A stretch of 64,000 nt of DNA from Candidatus Eiseniibacteriota bacterium (GTDB taxonomy: Bacteria; Eisenbacteria; RBG-16-71-46; SZUA-252): positions 1,504,001 to 1,568,000 of the forward strand of contig OY969801.1 in assembly GCA_963703225.1 (NCBI GenBank), in the 5' to 3' direction. Under the pieces are notes generated by a model. It had not been told where the DNA came from and did not search any database. It saw nothing but the letters and a program-made list of their open reading frames with translations. Made by a program: the position numbers and the translations under genes. Positions 37,070-47,010 of the stretch are shown one piece after another (position 1 is the stretch's first letter; every line of letters begins with the position of its first letter).

Positions 37070-38541
37070 GATTCGAGTCCTCTGGCGGCGAGACGAACGG
37101 CCTCTTCCACGGCTCGGCCCTTGTTCCACGTCTCGGTCCACTCTTCGTCCGGGTCGGAGTCGGCCACGATTCCAGCGCCCACCCCGCACTCGACCCGCCC
37201 TCCGTCGAAGAAAGCGGTCCGGATCGTGATGCAGAAGTCGGCATTTCCCTGGTAGTCAAAGTAGCCCATCGCGCCCGCGTACGCGCCGCGCCTCACGCCT
37301 TCCAGCTCCTCGATGATCTCCATCGCCCGCTTCTTGGGCGCCCCGCTCACGGTACCCGCAGGAAAGCAGGCGCGGAGCACGTCGAAGGGGCCGAGGCCCG
37401 GGCGGAGCGTCCCCTCGATATGGCTCACGAGGTGCATGACGTGCGAAAAACGCTCCAGGTGCATGAACTCGCTGGTCTTGACGCTCCCCACCGCCGCCAC
37501 GCGGCCGACGTCGTTTCGGCCCAAGTCCACCAGCATGACATGCTCCGCCCGATCCTTCTCGCTCGCCAAAAGCTCCCGCCCCAGCGCGGCGTCCTCCGCG
37601 CGGTCTTTGCCCCGAGCCCGGGTCCCCGCGATGGGCCGCAGCGCGACCCGATCCCCCGTGACCCGGACCAGGATCTCGGGCGAGGACCCCGCCACCGCCC
37701 GCTCGCCGTACCGGAGGTAGAACATGTAGGGCGACGGGTTCAAGACCCGGAGCGCCCGGTAGACGTCATAGGGAGAGACAGGGACCGAAGCCTCCAGCCG
37801 ATGCGCCAGGACCACCTGGACGACATCGCCGTCCCGAATGTGCTCTTTGGCCTTCAATACGGCTGTCTTGTAGGCCTTTTCACCGATGTTACTTATGAGC
37901 TTGATCTCACCATTCACTGGAGGTGATGCCCGGGGTGCTGGAATGGGTGCTTTGAGCCTGGTCTCCATCTCTTCGATCGTGGCGACCGCCTCGCGATAGG
38001 AGCGGTCCGGTTGGTCTCCGGGCCGGCTGTTCACCACGAAGCGCAGGCGATGGCGGAAGTTATCAAAGATCAGAACCACGTCCGGGAAGACGAAATGGAG
38101 ATCGGGCTGCCTCTTCTCATCGGCCAATCGGACGGGAAGCTTTTCGAGCAGACGGGCGTAGTCGTAGCCGATCATCCCCACGGCCCCGCCGCTGAACGGG
38201 GGTAACCCCGGAACCGAGGCCGCGCGCACTTCCGCGATCAGCTTCCGGAGCGCCTCCAGGGGGTCGGGGGCCGTGATCCTCTCCGTCCTGTCTCCCCGCT
38301 GAATCTCGACCGACGAGCCCTTGGACCGAAACTCCATCGACGGCCGGAAGCCCAGGATGGAGTATCGCCCCCACGTCTCGCCCCCTTCGAGGCTCTCGAG
38401 AAGGAAAGACGCATCGCCTCGATCGAGCTTCGCGAACGCCGAAACCGGCGTGTCGAAGTCGGCGAGGATCTCCCGCATGACGGGCACCACGTTCGAGCCC
38501 CGCGCGTAGCGCAGGTATTCTTCCAGCGTCGGGGTGATCAT
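37066..38541 (-). CDS. trpE: Anthranilate synthase component I
   Basis: 'FLLESLEGG..GRYS', 'NPSPYM', 'PIAGTR', 'EHVMLVDLGRND', 'PAGTVSGAPK'. Confidence 0.95.
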   Translation of the reverse strand: MITPTLEEYLRYARGSNVVPVMREILADFDTPVSAFAKLDRGDASFLLESLEGGETWGRYSILGFRPSMEFRSKGSSVEIQRGDRTERITAPDPLEALRKLIAEVRAASVPGLPPFSGGAVGMIGYDYARLLEKLPVRLADEKRQPDLHFVFPDVVLIFDNFRHRLRFVVNSRPGDQPDRSYREAVATIEEMETRLKAPIPAPRASPPVNGEIKLISNIGEKAYKTAVLKAKEHIRDGDVVQVVLAHRLEASVPVSPYDVYRALRVLNPSPYMFYLRYGERAVAGSSPEILVRVTGDRVALRPIAGTRARGKDRAEDAALGRELLASEKDRAEHVMLVDLGRNDVGRVAAVGSVKTSEFMHLERFSHVMHLVSHIEGTLRPGLGPFDVLRACFPAGTVSGAPKKRAMEIIEELEGVRRGAYAGAMGYFDYQGNADFCITIRTAFFDGGRVECGVGAGIVADSDPDEEWTETWNKGRAVEEAVRLAARGLES

Positions 38542-40268
38542 GCTCCTCTCGCGGCCGCCGTCTTTGCCCTGCGCGTGGGTGACACGTCCGCCGAGGCGGC
38601 TGCGGCGATGAGCTCGCGCGCCTGCCTTCGCGTGGTGGGGGTCACCCGGTCGCCGGCCAGAAGCCGGGCCACCTCGTCCACGCGTTCCGTCCCCGTCAAC
38701 GCGCGGACGGTCGTGGACGTCCTTCCCTTTCGCGTCGCCTTGGTCACCTCGAAATGGGTCTGGCCAAACGCCGCGATCAGTGGCAGGTGGGTGATGCAGA
38801 GCACCTGGCGACGCTCGCCGATCCCCCGAAGCAGGCGGCCCACTTCCTCCCCGACGGCGCCCCCAATCCCTTGGTCGACCTCGTCGAAGATCAGCACCGC
38901 CACCTGGTCCCGTTCCGCCATGAGCGACTTGATCGCGAGCATGACGCGCGAGAGCTCGCCGCCCGACGCGATGCGCCGGAGGGGCCGCTCCGCTTCGCCG
39001 GGATTGGGCCGAAACCCGAATTCTAGGGCGGGGATCGCCGCGGGGTCAATCGCCGCTCGCGACCGATCCACCTCCACAGCGCGCACGGCGAGCGCGGCGC
39101 GCGAGAATCCGACACGGGAGAGGCGCTCGCCCACGTCCTCCTGGAACGCGGCGAAGCGATCGGCGCGATGGGTCATGAGGGCGTCGAGCCTCCGCTCGTA
39201 GGCCTGCAGCCGGTCGTCGTGCTCCCGCTCGGCGCGCTCCAGTTCCCGTCCGCTGGGGTCAAATCCCTTCACCTTCGCCCCCAGCTCTTCTTCCAGCGCG
39301 ATGAGGCCGGGGAGGTCCACCCGGTGCTTCCGTTTCAGCCGATGGATGAGATCGAGCCGTGCTTCCAGAGCATCCAAATCGGAAGGCTCCCCGCCCAGCA
39401 GCGCCTCGAGGCGCTCCAACCTCGCGTCCAGCTCGCCGATTGCATCCAGGACGCGCTCGGCTTCGCCGCCTAGGTCCGCGAGCCCGGAGTCGAACGCCTC
39501 AAGACCGCGCAGCGATCGCGCCGAACGCCGGACTCGCTCGGCCGCGCCGCCCTCCTCGGCCCCGAGGGCCACGCGGGCCCCGGCGAGACCCTCGAGAATG
39601 CGGCCGCGATGCTGGAGCCTCGACCGCTCCTGCTTGGCGATCTCCTCTTCGTCCGACCGGAGCGCCGCCCGTTGCAGCTCCTCGTGATCTTCCCGAACCG
39701 TCGCCTCTTCGGCGCGGTCCCTCTCCCAGCGCTCGCGTGCTTCTCGCAGCCGGCGCCGTTCTTCCACCAGCCCTGCGCGCGCCACTTCGAGCGATCGACG
39801 CTCACCCAAGAGCCCCGCCCAGGCGTCGTAGAAGTCCGCCTGGCGCTCCGGTCTCAGAAGAAGCTGGTGCTCGTGCTGCCCATGGAGGTCGACGAGCAGA
39901 TCTCCCACCGACTTGAGGAGGGAGAGCGGAGCCGCCCGGCCGTTCACGAAAGCGCGGCTCTTGCCGTCGGCGTGGATCTCACGACGCAGGACGATCCGCT
40001 CTTCTTCCAGCTCGACCTCGAGCGCCTGAAGCGCGTCGGAGAGGTCGGGACGGCCGGCGAGCTCGAATGTTCCCTCCACCGCCCCGCGCGACTCGCCGGT
40101 CCGAATCCAGGTAGGATCGGCGCGCTCGCCCAGCAGGAGACCGATCGACCCCAGGACGAGCGACTTCCCCGCCCCGGTCTCGCCCGTCAGCACGTTCAGC
40201 CCTCGGCCGAACTCGAGATCGACGGAGTCGACGAGCGCCAGCCCCTGGATGGAAAGCCAGGCGAGCAT
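38538..40268 (-). CDS. recN: DNA repair protein RecN
   Basis: 'LTGETGAGKS', 'HGQHE', 'ASGGELSR', 'IFDEVDQG', 'ITHLP'. Confidence 0.95.
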   Translation of the reverse strand: MLAWLSIQGLALVDSVDLEFGRGLNVLTGETGAGKSLVLGSIGLLLGERADPTWIRTGESRGAVEGTFELAGRPDLSDALQALEVELEEERIVLRREIHADGKSRAFVNGRAAPLSLLKSVGDLLVDLHGQHEHQLLLRPERQADFYDAWAGLLGERRSLEVARAGLVEERRRLREARERWERDRAEEATVREDHEELQRAALRSDEEEIAKQERSRLQHRGRILEGLAGARVALGAEEGGAAERVRRSARSLRGLEAFDSGLADLGGEAERVLDAIGELDARLERLEALLGGEPSDLDALEARLDLIHRLKRKHRVDLPGLIALEEELGAKVKGFDPSGRELERAEREHDDRLQAYERRLDALMTHRADRFAAFQEDVGERLSRVGFSRAALAVRAVEVDRSRAAIDPAAIPALEFGFRPNPGEAERPLRRIASGGELSRVMLAIKSLMAERDQVAVLIFDEVDQGIGGAVGEEVGRLLRGIGERRQVLCITHLPLIAAFGQTHFEVTKATRKGRTSTTVRALTGTERVDEVARLLAGDRVTPTTRRQARELIAAAASADVSPTRRAKTAAARGA

Positions 40269-40272
40269 GGCG

Positions 40273-41160
40273 TTATCCCCGCCGCGCGCGGGGGAGCTCC
40301 GCCCAGCCGAACTTGGCGCGGAGCACGCTGTAGAAAGAGCCGCGCTCGAGCACGAGGAGATCGACGTGCGACTTGGCGCGCCGGATGACGACCTCGTCGC
40401 TCGGGCTCAGGCGTCGAGAGAGTTGCCCGTCCACGGTGACCGCGGCGGGCGCGTGGCCGGCCCGAACCCGGACCCGGACCGATTCATCGGCACCTATCAG
40501 CAGAGGCCGGAACGCGAGCGTGTGCGGGCTGATCGGGGTGGTCACCAGCGCCTCGATCGTGGGCCTCACGATCGGGCCCCCGGCGGACAGGGAGTATGCG
40601 GTGGAGCCGGTGGGGGTCGCGACGATGAGCCCGTCGGCCACCAGGGTCCCGATCGGGGTCCGCCCGATCCCGATATCGATGGCGATGACCCGCGAGCGAT
40701 CGCGGGCGTGAATCACCGCGTCGTTTAGCCCTGTGGCCGTCCACGCGCGGCCCCGCGAGGGACGCACCACCGTTTCGACCATGATCCGACGCTCCACCTG
40801 ATAATCGCCGGCGAAGAGCCGAGACAGCGCCCGATTCAGGGACTCCTGGTTGGCGTCGGTCAAGAATCCCAGTCCGCCCAGGTTGACCCCAAAAATCGGG
40901 ATCCCGGTTCGGCCCACGGCTCGGGCTCCGTGGAGCATCGTCCCGTCCCCGCCGAGCACGAGGAGGACATCCACGTGACGCGCGAGCGTCGCGAGCGGTA
41001 GCCCGGCGCCGGCGCCGCGCACGCCGCGGGCGAGCGTCCGCTCGACCGTCACGCGGCGGCCTTTGCTCTTGATGCGGCGGATCAGCGATGGAAGAAGCGA
41101 CCGGACTTCCGCCTTTTCCCGGTTTCCGAATATCCCCACGTGCCGGGGCGGCAGGGTCAT
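40273..41160 (-). CDS. nadK: NAD(+) kinase
   Basis: 'LGGDGT', 'GLGFL', 'LND', 'DGLIVATPTGSTAYSLSAGGP'. Confidence 0.95.
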   Translation of the reverse strand: MTLPPRHVGIFGNREKAEVRSLLPSLIRRIKSKGRRVTVERTLARGVRGAGAGLPLATLARHVDVLLVLGGDGTMLHGARAVGRTGIPIFGVNLGGLGFLTDANQESLNRALSRLFAGDYQVERRIMVETVVRPSRGRAWTATGLNDAVIHARDRSRVIAIDIGIGRTPIGTLVADGLIVATPTGSTAYSLSAGGPIVRPTIEALVTTPISPHTLAFRPLLIGADESVRVRVRAGHAPAAVTVDGQLSRRLSPSDEVVIRRAKSHVDLLVLERGSFYSVLRAKFGWAELPRARRG

Positions 41161-43082
41161 GCGTTCGAAACGACGGGTGCGGTGGGTTCCAGGGTCGATC
41201 GAGGTTCGTCGCGGAGCCAGCGCTCCAGCTCGGCGGCGATGGGTTCCGGGGTCAAGCCCGCGGACCTCAGAAGCGAATCGCGCGTGGCATGATCGAACAG
41301 TCTGTCGGGAACTCCGAAGCAGCGCGCTCGAAGCCCCGGGATCACGTTCTTGGTGAAGAGATCGAGCACCCCTTCACCGAACCCTCCGGGGATCGCGCCC
41401 TCTTCGAGCGTGGCGATCCGGGGCACGCGCCGGGCCCATTCCACGATGAGCCGTTCATCGAGCGGCTTGGCGAACCTGGCGTTGATCACCGCGGCACGGA
41501 TGCCCCGCGCATCCAATAGCTGTGCCGCGCGCATCGCCGCCCCCACCATGGTCCCATACGCCACGAGGAGGAGATCGCTGCCCGGCCGAAGCAACTCGCC
41601 TTCGCCGATTGGAAGAGGCTGGAGCTTCTCGTCGAGGGGCACCCCCAGCCCGCTTCCCCGCGGGTAGCGGACCGCGATCGGCCCGTCGTCGTGGGCCGCC
41701 ATCGTCGCGAGCATATGTCGAAGCTCGTTCTCGTCCTTGGGGGCCATCAAGACGAATCCCGGCAGGCATCTCATGTATGGAATGTCGAACAGACCGTGGT
41801 GCGTGGCGCCGTCCTCCCCGACCAGCCCCGCGCGGTCGAGCGCGAAGCGGACCGGCAGGCGCTGCACCACGACGTCGTGGACGATCTGATCGTAGGCCCG
41901 CTGCAAGAACGTGGAGTAGATCGTCACGAACGGCTTGAGGCCCGCCGCCGCCAGCCCGGCCGCGAAGCAGGTGGCGTGCTGCTCCGCGATCCCGACATCG
42001 TGGAAGCGCTCCGGAATCGTCGTCGCGAACTTGGCGAGGCCCGTGCCATCGGCCATCGCGGCGCTGATCGCCACGATCTTCGGATCCTGCGACGCTAGCT
42101 GGAGCATCGCCTGACCAAACACCTCCGTGTAGGCCGGCGCCGCGGCCTTCTTGGCGCTGGCACCGGTCAACTTGTCAAAGGAGGCCACCCCGTGATATTT
42201 CCGGGCGTCGTCCTCCGAGAACTTGTAGCCCTTCCCCTTCCGCGTCAGGGTGTGGAGCAGGACAGGACCTTTCACGTCCTGAAGCTGTGCCATGATTTCG
42301 AGCAGCGTTGGCAGGTCGTGGCCATCGATCGGCCCGTAGTATTTGAACCCCAACTCCTCGAAGAGGATGTTGGGAACCATCAGATTCTTCATCCCCTCCT
42401 TGATGCGGCTCGCGAGTTTGCGCGCCTTCCCGCCCGCGGGGACCTTGCCGAGAAGCTCCCAGAGGTCGCCCTCGAGCCGGCGGTAGGTGGGCGACGAGGA
42501 GAGCCGGGTGAGGTACCGGGCGATCGCCCCGACGTTCGGTGAGATCGACATCGAGTTGTCGTTGAGGACGACCAGGAGGTCGGTGCCCATCACCCCAGCC
42601 TGGTTGAGGCCCTCGTAGGCCAGGCCGCCGGTCAGAGCACCATCGCCCACCACCGCGATGACCTTGTGCTTCGCGTGCGTCAAGTCGCGCGCGCAGGCGA
42701 ACCCTAGCGCTGACGAGATCGCGGTGGACGCGTGGGCGGTGCCGAACGCGTCGTACTCGCTCTCGGCGCGTCGCGGAAACCCGGACAGCCCCCCCTCTTG
42801 GCGGAGGGTGTCGAATCGTTCGTTCCGTCCGGTGAGGATCTTGTGGCCGTACGCCTGGTGCCCCACGTCCCAGATCAGGATGTCCCGCGGCGTGTCGAAC
42901 GTGTAATGGAGCGCGATCGTGAGCTCCACCGTGCCCAGGCTGGGGGCCAGATGCCCCCCGGTGCACGAAACCACCTGGATGATCCGGTCCCGGATCTCCT
43001 GGGCAAGCTCGGGGAGCGCCTCCCGCGGGAGCCGCTTGAGATCGCCGGGGCCATGAATCCCCGCCAGATGATTGGTGCTCAC
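41157..43082 (-). CDS. dxs: 1-deoxy-D-xylulose-5-phosphate synthase
   Basis: 'GGHLAPSLG', 'WDVGHQAY', 'GDGALTGG', 'GIAEQHA', 'DRAGLVGEDGATH'; GTG 43082. Confidence 0.96.
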   Translation of the reverse strand: MSTNHLAGIHGPGDLKRLPREALPELAQEIRDRIIQVVSCTGGHLAPSLGTVELTIALHYTFDTPRDILIWDVGHQAYGHKILTGRNERFDTLRQEGGLSGFPRRAESEYDAFGTAHASTAISSALGFACARDLTHAKHKVIAVVGDGALTGGLAYEGLNQAGVMGTDLLVVLNDNSMSISPNVGAIARYLTRLSSSPTYRRLEGDLWELLGKVPAGGKARKLASRIKEGMKNLMVPNILFEELGFKYYGPIDGHDLPTLLEIMAQLQDVKGPVLLHTLTRKGKGYKFSEDDARKYHGVASFDKLTGASAKKAAAPAYTEVFGQAMLQLASQDPKIVAISAAMADGTGLAKFATTIPERFHDVGIAEQHATCFAAGLAAAGLKPFVTIYSTFLQRAYDQIVHDVVVQRLPVRFALDRAGLVGEDGATHHGLFDIPYMRCLPGFVLMAPKDENELRHMLATMAAHDDGPIAVRYPRGSGLGVPLDEKLQPLPIGEGELLRPGSDLLLVAYGTMVGAAMRAAQLLDARGIRAAVINARFAKPLDERLIVEWARRVPRIATLEEGAIPGGFGEGVLDLFTKNVIPGLRARCFGVPDRLFDHATRDSLLRSAGLTPEPIAAELERWLRDEPRSTLEPTAPVVSNA

Positions 43083-43531
43083 ATGCCCCCCGGAGGTTTG
43101 TAGATCGCGATCGAGAAGAGGACGCCGATCGCGGCGCCCACCAAAACTTCGATCGGGGTGTGTCCCAAAAGCTCGCGGAGCCGCTCGTGTGGCTGGCCCG
43201 GCAGCTGAATGTGCTCGTGAAGAATTCGGTTCAAGAGCGTCGCCTGGCGCCCGGCCGCCCGTCTCAGCCCGGCGGCGTCGTACATCACGATGAGGCTGAA
43301 GAAAAGGACGACGCCGAAGAGCACCGACCCCACCCCTTCCCGGAGACCGACGCACGTGGTCAGCGCGCAGACCGAAGCCGCATGGGAGCTGGGCATTCCG
43401 CCCGTTTCCACGAACCGCCGTACGTTGATTTTCTTCTCTCGCAGGAGGAAGGTCAACACCTTGCTCATCTGTACAAGGAATCCGCACGCGAGCGCGTGAA
43501 AGAGCGGACTGGAAGCAAACTGGACCGCCAA
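43079..43531 (-). CDS. Divergent PAP2 family protein (DUF212)
   Basis: 'TGGMPSSHAA', 'VMYDAAGLRRAAG', 'LRELLGHTP'. Confidence 0.92.
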   Translation of the reverse strand: MAVQFASSPLFHALACGFLVQMSKVLTFLLREKKINVRRFVETGGMPSSHAASVCALTTCVGLREGVGSVLFGVVLFFSLIVMYDAAGLRRAAGRQATLLNRILHEHIQLPGQPHERLRELLGHTPIEVLVGAAIGVLFSIAIYKPPGGM

Positions 43532-43543
43532 CGGTCGATCCCC

Positions 43544-44437
43544 CTAGTGCGTTCGGTGCAAGAGGTAATGCGTCAGCGATTCGAACTCCGGCGCGCGCCG
43601 GCCGAGACCGCCGGCCAACCGGGCCGCCTCGAGCAGGAGCGCCGCCGCGTCCCGTTCCGCCCGTACGGTTCCCGCCCGGGCCGGCGCGGTCGCCTTGCCC
43701 TTGGCGCGATCCGATCCGACGCTCTTTCCCATGCGGCGGCGTGTGGAACGAACGTTCAAGAGGTCGTCGACGATCTGGAAGGCGAGCCCGATGCGGCTTC
43801 CGTACGCGTCGAACGCGCGGAGGCGGCCCTCGCGCGCTCCGCCGATCTGGGCCCCGAGGCGGAGGGATCCCCTCAAGAGCGCGCCCGTCTTTCGGCGATG
43901 CATCGCGTAGATCCTCCGAAGCGGGATACGCTTTCCCTCGAAGAGGAGATCGAGGGCCTGGCCGCCGATCATACCCTCCGGGCCGGTCGCCTCGCAGACT
44001 GTTTCCAGGAGCGGCCTGGGATCCTTGGCCCGCCCGATCGAAACCCGGGTCAGGGTCTCAAAGGCGAGCGAGAGGAGCGCGTCCCCCGCGAGAATGGCCA
44101 TCCCCTCTCCAAAGATGCGGTGGTTCGTGGGACGGCCGCGGCGCCAATCGTCGTCGTCCATGCCGGGCAGATCGTCATGGATCAGGCTGAAGGTGTGGAT
44201 CATTTCCAGGGCGGCCGCCGCGCCGAGGGCGGGCGTGCCGCGCCCCAGCACCGACTCACACGCGAGGAGGCAGAGCGCGGGGCGAATCCGCTTGCCGCCG
44301 GCGAAAACGCTATAGCGCATGGCGCGATGGAGCACACGCGGCTCGCGGCTCGCCGGCGGGAGCAGGCGGTCGAGGGCCGCGTCGATGCGGGGCCGCACCT
44401 TCGCTAGATAGCGATCAAAACGGGAGCTGTCCGCCAC
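43544..44437 (-). CDS. ispA: Polyprenyl (farnesyl/geranylgeranyl) diphosphate synthase
   Basis: 'GGKRIRP', 'LIHDDLPGMDDDDWRRG', 'GQALD', 'FQIVDDLL'; GTG 44437. Confidence 0.93.
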   Translation of the reverse strand: MADSSRFDRYLAKVRPRIDAALDRLLPPASREPRVLHRAMRYSVFAGGKRIRPALCLLACESVLGRGTPALGAAAALEMIHTFSLIHDDLPGMDDDDWRRGRPTNHRIFGEGMAILAGDALLSLAFETLTRVSIGRAKDPRPLLETVCEATGPEGMIGGQALDLLFEGKRIPLRRIYAMHRRKTGALLRGSLRLGAQIGGAREGRLRAFDAYGSRIGLAFQIVDDLLNVRSTRRRMGKSVGSDRAKGKATAPARAGTVRAERDAAALLLEAARLAGGLGRRAPEFESLTHYLLHRTH

Positions 44438-44720
44438 CCTCCCCTTCGTCCTCCTCCTCCTCCTCGACCGGCTCCGCCACCGGCCTTCCGGCAGCATCCC
44501 GAGTCAGTTCCTGGATCCGCTTCTCGGCCTTGCTCAGAACGACGGTGCAGTTCCGAACCAAGTTCATCCCCTCCTCATAGGCGCGGATCGAATCCTCGAG
44601 GGGCATGTTGCCCTCTTCCAAGCGATCCACCAATTCTTGAAGCCGCTCCATCATCGACTCGAAGCTCCGGGCCTCTCCGTGCGTCTCCTCTGGCGGTCTC
44701 GCCGTTCCCTTTCGCTTCAC
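44415..44720 (-). CDS. xseB: Exodeoxyribonuclease VII small subunit
   Basis: 'SFESMMERLQELVDRLEEGNMPLEDSIRAYEEG...C...L..AE'; GTG 44720. Confidence 0.93.
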   Translation of the reverse strand: MKRKGTARPPEETHGEARSFESMMERLQELVDRLEEGNMPLEDSIRAYEEGMNLVRNCTVVLSKAEKRIQELTRDAAGRPVAEPVEEEEEDEGEGGGQLPF

Positions 44721-46117
44721 GCCGTCTCCTCCTCCGCCGTGGGACGCACGCGCACGACCCGCGCCTCCGCCCGCGCATCCTGAAACTGAACCTCCAGATC
44801 CTGGCCTGGCCGGAGCTCGAGACCCCGCTGGATCAGCCGGCTCCCGTCGGCGCTCCACACCAGCGCGTATCCTCGCCGAAGCACGCCGCGGGTGTCGTAT
44901 GACCCCAGAAGTCTGCCGCGGCCAGCCACCGATTCGCGCAGCCGGGCGAGGATCGACTCGGTACCCCGTCGCGCGCGATGCGCGAGCGCCTGGAGGCGCT
45001 CGCGGGAGCGCTCCAGCGTCCGGCCCGGAGAATGGACCGCCAGCGTGCCCTGGTGAGCCTCGAGGCGCCGGCGGCGGACCAGGACCCAATCCGATAGGCC
45101 CCGCGCGAGCGCTTCCATCGCGTCATCGAGCGCCCGACGCCCTTCGGTCACCAGGCGGGAAGGCTCCCGTAGGGCCCGGTGGTGCTGGAGGCCTGTCAGT
45201 CGCGCGGCCGCCTCGCGAAGCTCGCGGCGGAGACGCTCGCTCGCGTGCTTGGTCAGATCCTCCAGCGAGGCGAAGATGGATTCTCTGTCCAAGACGACCT
45301 GCTGGGCCGCGTGCGTCGGGGTGGCCGCGCGGACGTCGGCGGCGAGGTCGGCGAGCGTCACGTCCACCTCGTGCCCCACCGCGGAGACGATCGGAATCTT
45401 CGACTCGGCGATCGCGCGCACGACGACCTCTTCGTTGAATGCCCAGAGATCCTCCAGCGAGCCACCGCCGCGGCCCGCGATGATGACGTCGACCTGCCCC
45501 CACTCGTTCAAGAGCCCGATCGCGGAGGCGATCTCGCCCGCGGCGGTCGGCCCCTGGACCGCGGCCGGCGCCAGCGTCACGCGCAGGTAGGGCGCCCGCT
45601 GGCGGAGGATTCGGAGCATGTCTTGGAGCGCGGCCGCCCCCGGAGAGGTCACGATCCCGATCCGCGTGGGATAGGTGGGCAGCGGTCGCTTCCGGTCTTC
45701 CAGAAAGAGCCCTTCGGCTTCCAGCTTCCGGCGCATGGCGTCGAATCGAGCCTGGAGCGCCCCGTATCCCATCGGCGCGACCCGCTCGGCGACGAGCGAG
45801 ATCTCGCCCCGGGGACCGTAAAACTCCACGGCCCCCTCGACCTGAACGGCGAGGCCGTCCGCGAGGGTGTCGTGCGCGCTTCGTATCCGGTTCTTGAAGA
45901 GCGCCACGCGGACGCGCGACTTCTCGTCCTTGAGATCGAAGTAGACGTGACCGCTCTGGTAGTGGCGTTTGAATCCCGAGATCTCGCCCTGGACGATCAC
46001 GCTCAGGAGAGAGTCTTCAAGCGACGCGTTGATCTCCCGCGCCAGCTCCGTGACCGTGTAGATATGAGGCTCCCCTTCGCGGGGCTCGAGCCGGGGCATG
46101 GCGCGCGACCGGGTCAT
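44717..46117 (-). CDS. xseA: Exodeoxyribonuclease VII large subunit
   Basis: 'GEISG...SGHVYFDLKD', 'GRGGGSLEDLWAFNEE', 'AVGHEVD', 'AATPT'; ATG 46117. Confidence 0.95.
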   Translation of the reverse strand: MTRSRAMPRLEPREGEPHIYTVTELAREINASLEDSLLSVIVQGEISGFKRHYQSGHVYFDLKDEKSRVRVALFKNRIRSAHDTLADGLAVQVEGAVEFYGPRGEISLVAERVAPMGYGALQARFDAMRRKLEAEGLFLEDRKRPLPTYPTRIGIVTSPGAAALQDMLRILRQRAPYLRVTLAPAAVQGPTAAGEIASAIGLLNEWGQVDVIIAGRGGGSLEDLWAFNEEVVVRAIAESKIPIVSAVGHEVDVTLADLAADVRAATPTHAAQQVVLDRESIFASLEDLTKHASERLRRELREAAARLTGLQHHRALREPSRLVTEGRRALDDAMEALARGLSDWVLVRRRRLEAHQGTLAVHSPGRTLERSRERLQALAHRARRGTESILARLRESVAGRGRLLGSYDTRGVLRRGYALVWSADGSRLIQRGLELRPGQDLEVQFQDARAEARVVRVRPTAEEETA

Positions 46118-47010
46118 GCGCGGTTCACCGCCATTTCCGCGGCGTCGGCCAGATTTCGGAGCAGCATCGCCACGGTCAGCGGCCCCACCCCGCCGGGAAC
46201 CGGCGTGACCGCGGAGGCGATCTTGGAAACGGCCTCGAAGTCGACGTCCCCCTCGAATCGGGGCGCGCCCTTGGCCGGGCGATCGATCGGGTGGATCCCC
46301 ACGTCGATCACGACCGCGCCTCGTCCAACGTGGTCGGCGCCGATCGCGCGTCTCTTCCCCATCGCGACCACCAGGATCTCCGCCTGGCGGGAGAGGGACG
46401 GCAAGTCGCGGGTCTCCGAGTGACAGAGCGTGACCGTGGCGTTCATCCCCTGGCGCCGCTCGGAGAGGAGCACGGAGAGCGGGCGCCCCACGATTCGGCT
46501 TCGACCGATCACCACGACGCGTTTCCCCGACAGGTCGCCGACGTGGCGCCGGAGGATCTCGATCACGCCGAGCGGCGTGGCCGGGCGGTGTCCGGGCAGG
46601 CCGCCAACCCAGCGGCCGACGTTCCACGGGTGAAGCCCGTCGAGATCCTTCTCCGGCGTGACGTCCTCGAGGTGGCGCTCCTCGTGGAGCGCCGCTGGAA
46701 GGGGAAGCTGGAGAATGACCCCGTGGATCGATGGGTCGGCGCTCAGCGCCTGGAGCCGGGCGCGAATCTCCAGCTCGCCCGTCTCGGCCGGGAGCCGCGC
46801 GACCGTCGTCCGCGCACCCAGCTCCTCCGCCGCGCGGAGCTTGGACCGGACATACGGATTTCCGGCCGGGGACTCTCCCACGGTGACGATCGCGAGCCCT
46901 GGGGTGACGCCGCGCGCCTTGAGCCGCTCGAATCGTCCGCGCACGCCGTTCCTGATCTCGGCCGCGAGCGTGACGCCTTCCAGAACCACGGCCGGGACCA
47001 CGACGCTCAC
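46114..47010 (-). CDS. folD: Methylenetetrahydrofolate dehydrogenase/cyclohydrolase
   Basis: 'YVRSK', 'QLPLP', 'KDLDG', 'GRSRIVGRP', 'TPVPGGVGPLT'; GTG 47010. Confidence 0.95.
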   Translation of the reverse strand: MSVVVPAVVLEGVTLAAEIRNGVRGRFERLKARGVTPGLAIVTVGESPAGNPYVRSKLRAAEELGARTTVARLPAETGELEIRARLQALSADPSIHGVILQLPLPAALHEERHLEDVTPEKDLDGLHPWNVGRWVGGLPGHRPATPLGVIEILRRHVGDLSGKRVVVIGRSRIVGRPLSVLLSERRQGMNATVTLCHSETRDLPSLSRQAEILVVAMGKRRAIGADHVGRGAVVIDVGIHPIDRPAKGAPRFEGDVDFEAVSKIASAVTPVPGGVGPLTVAMLLRNLADAAEMAVNRA

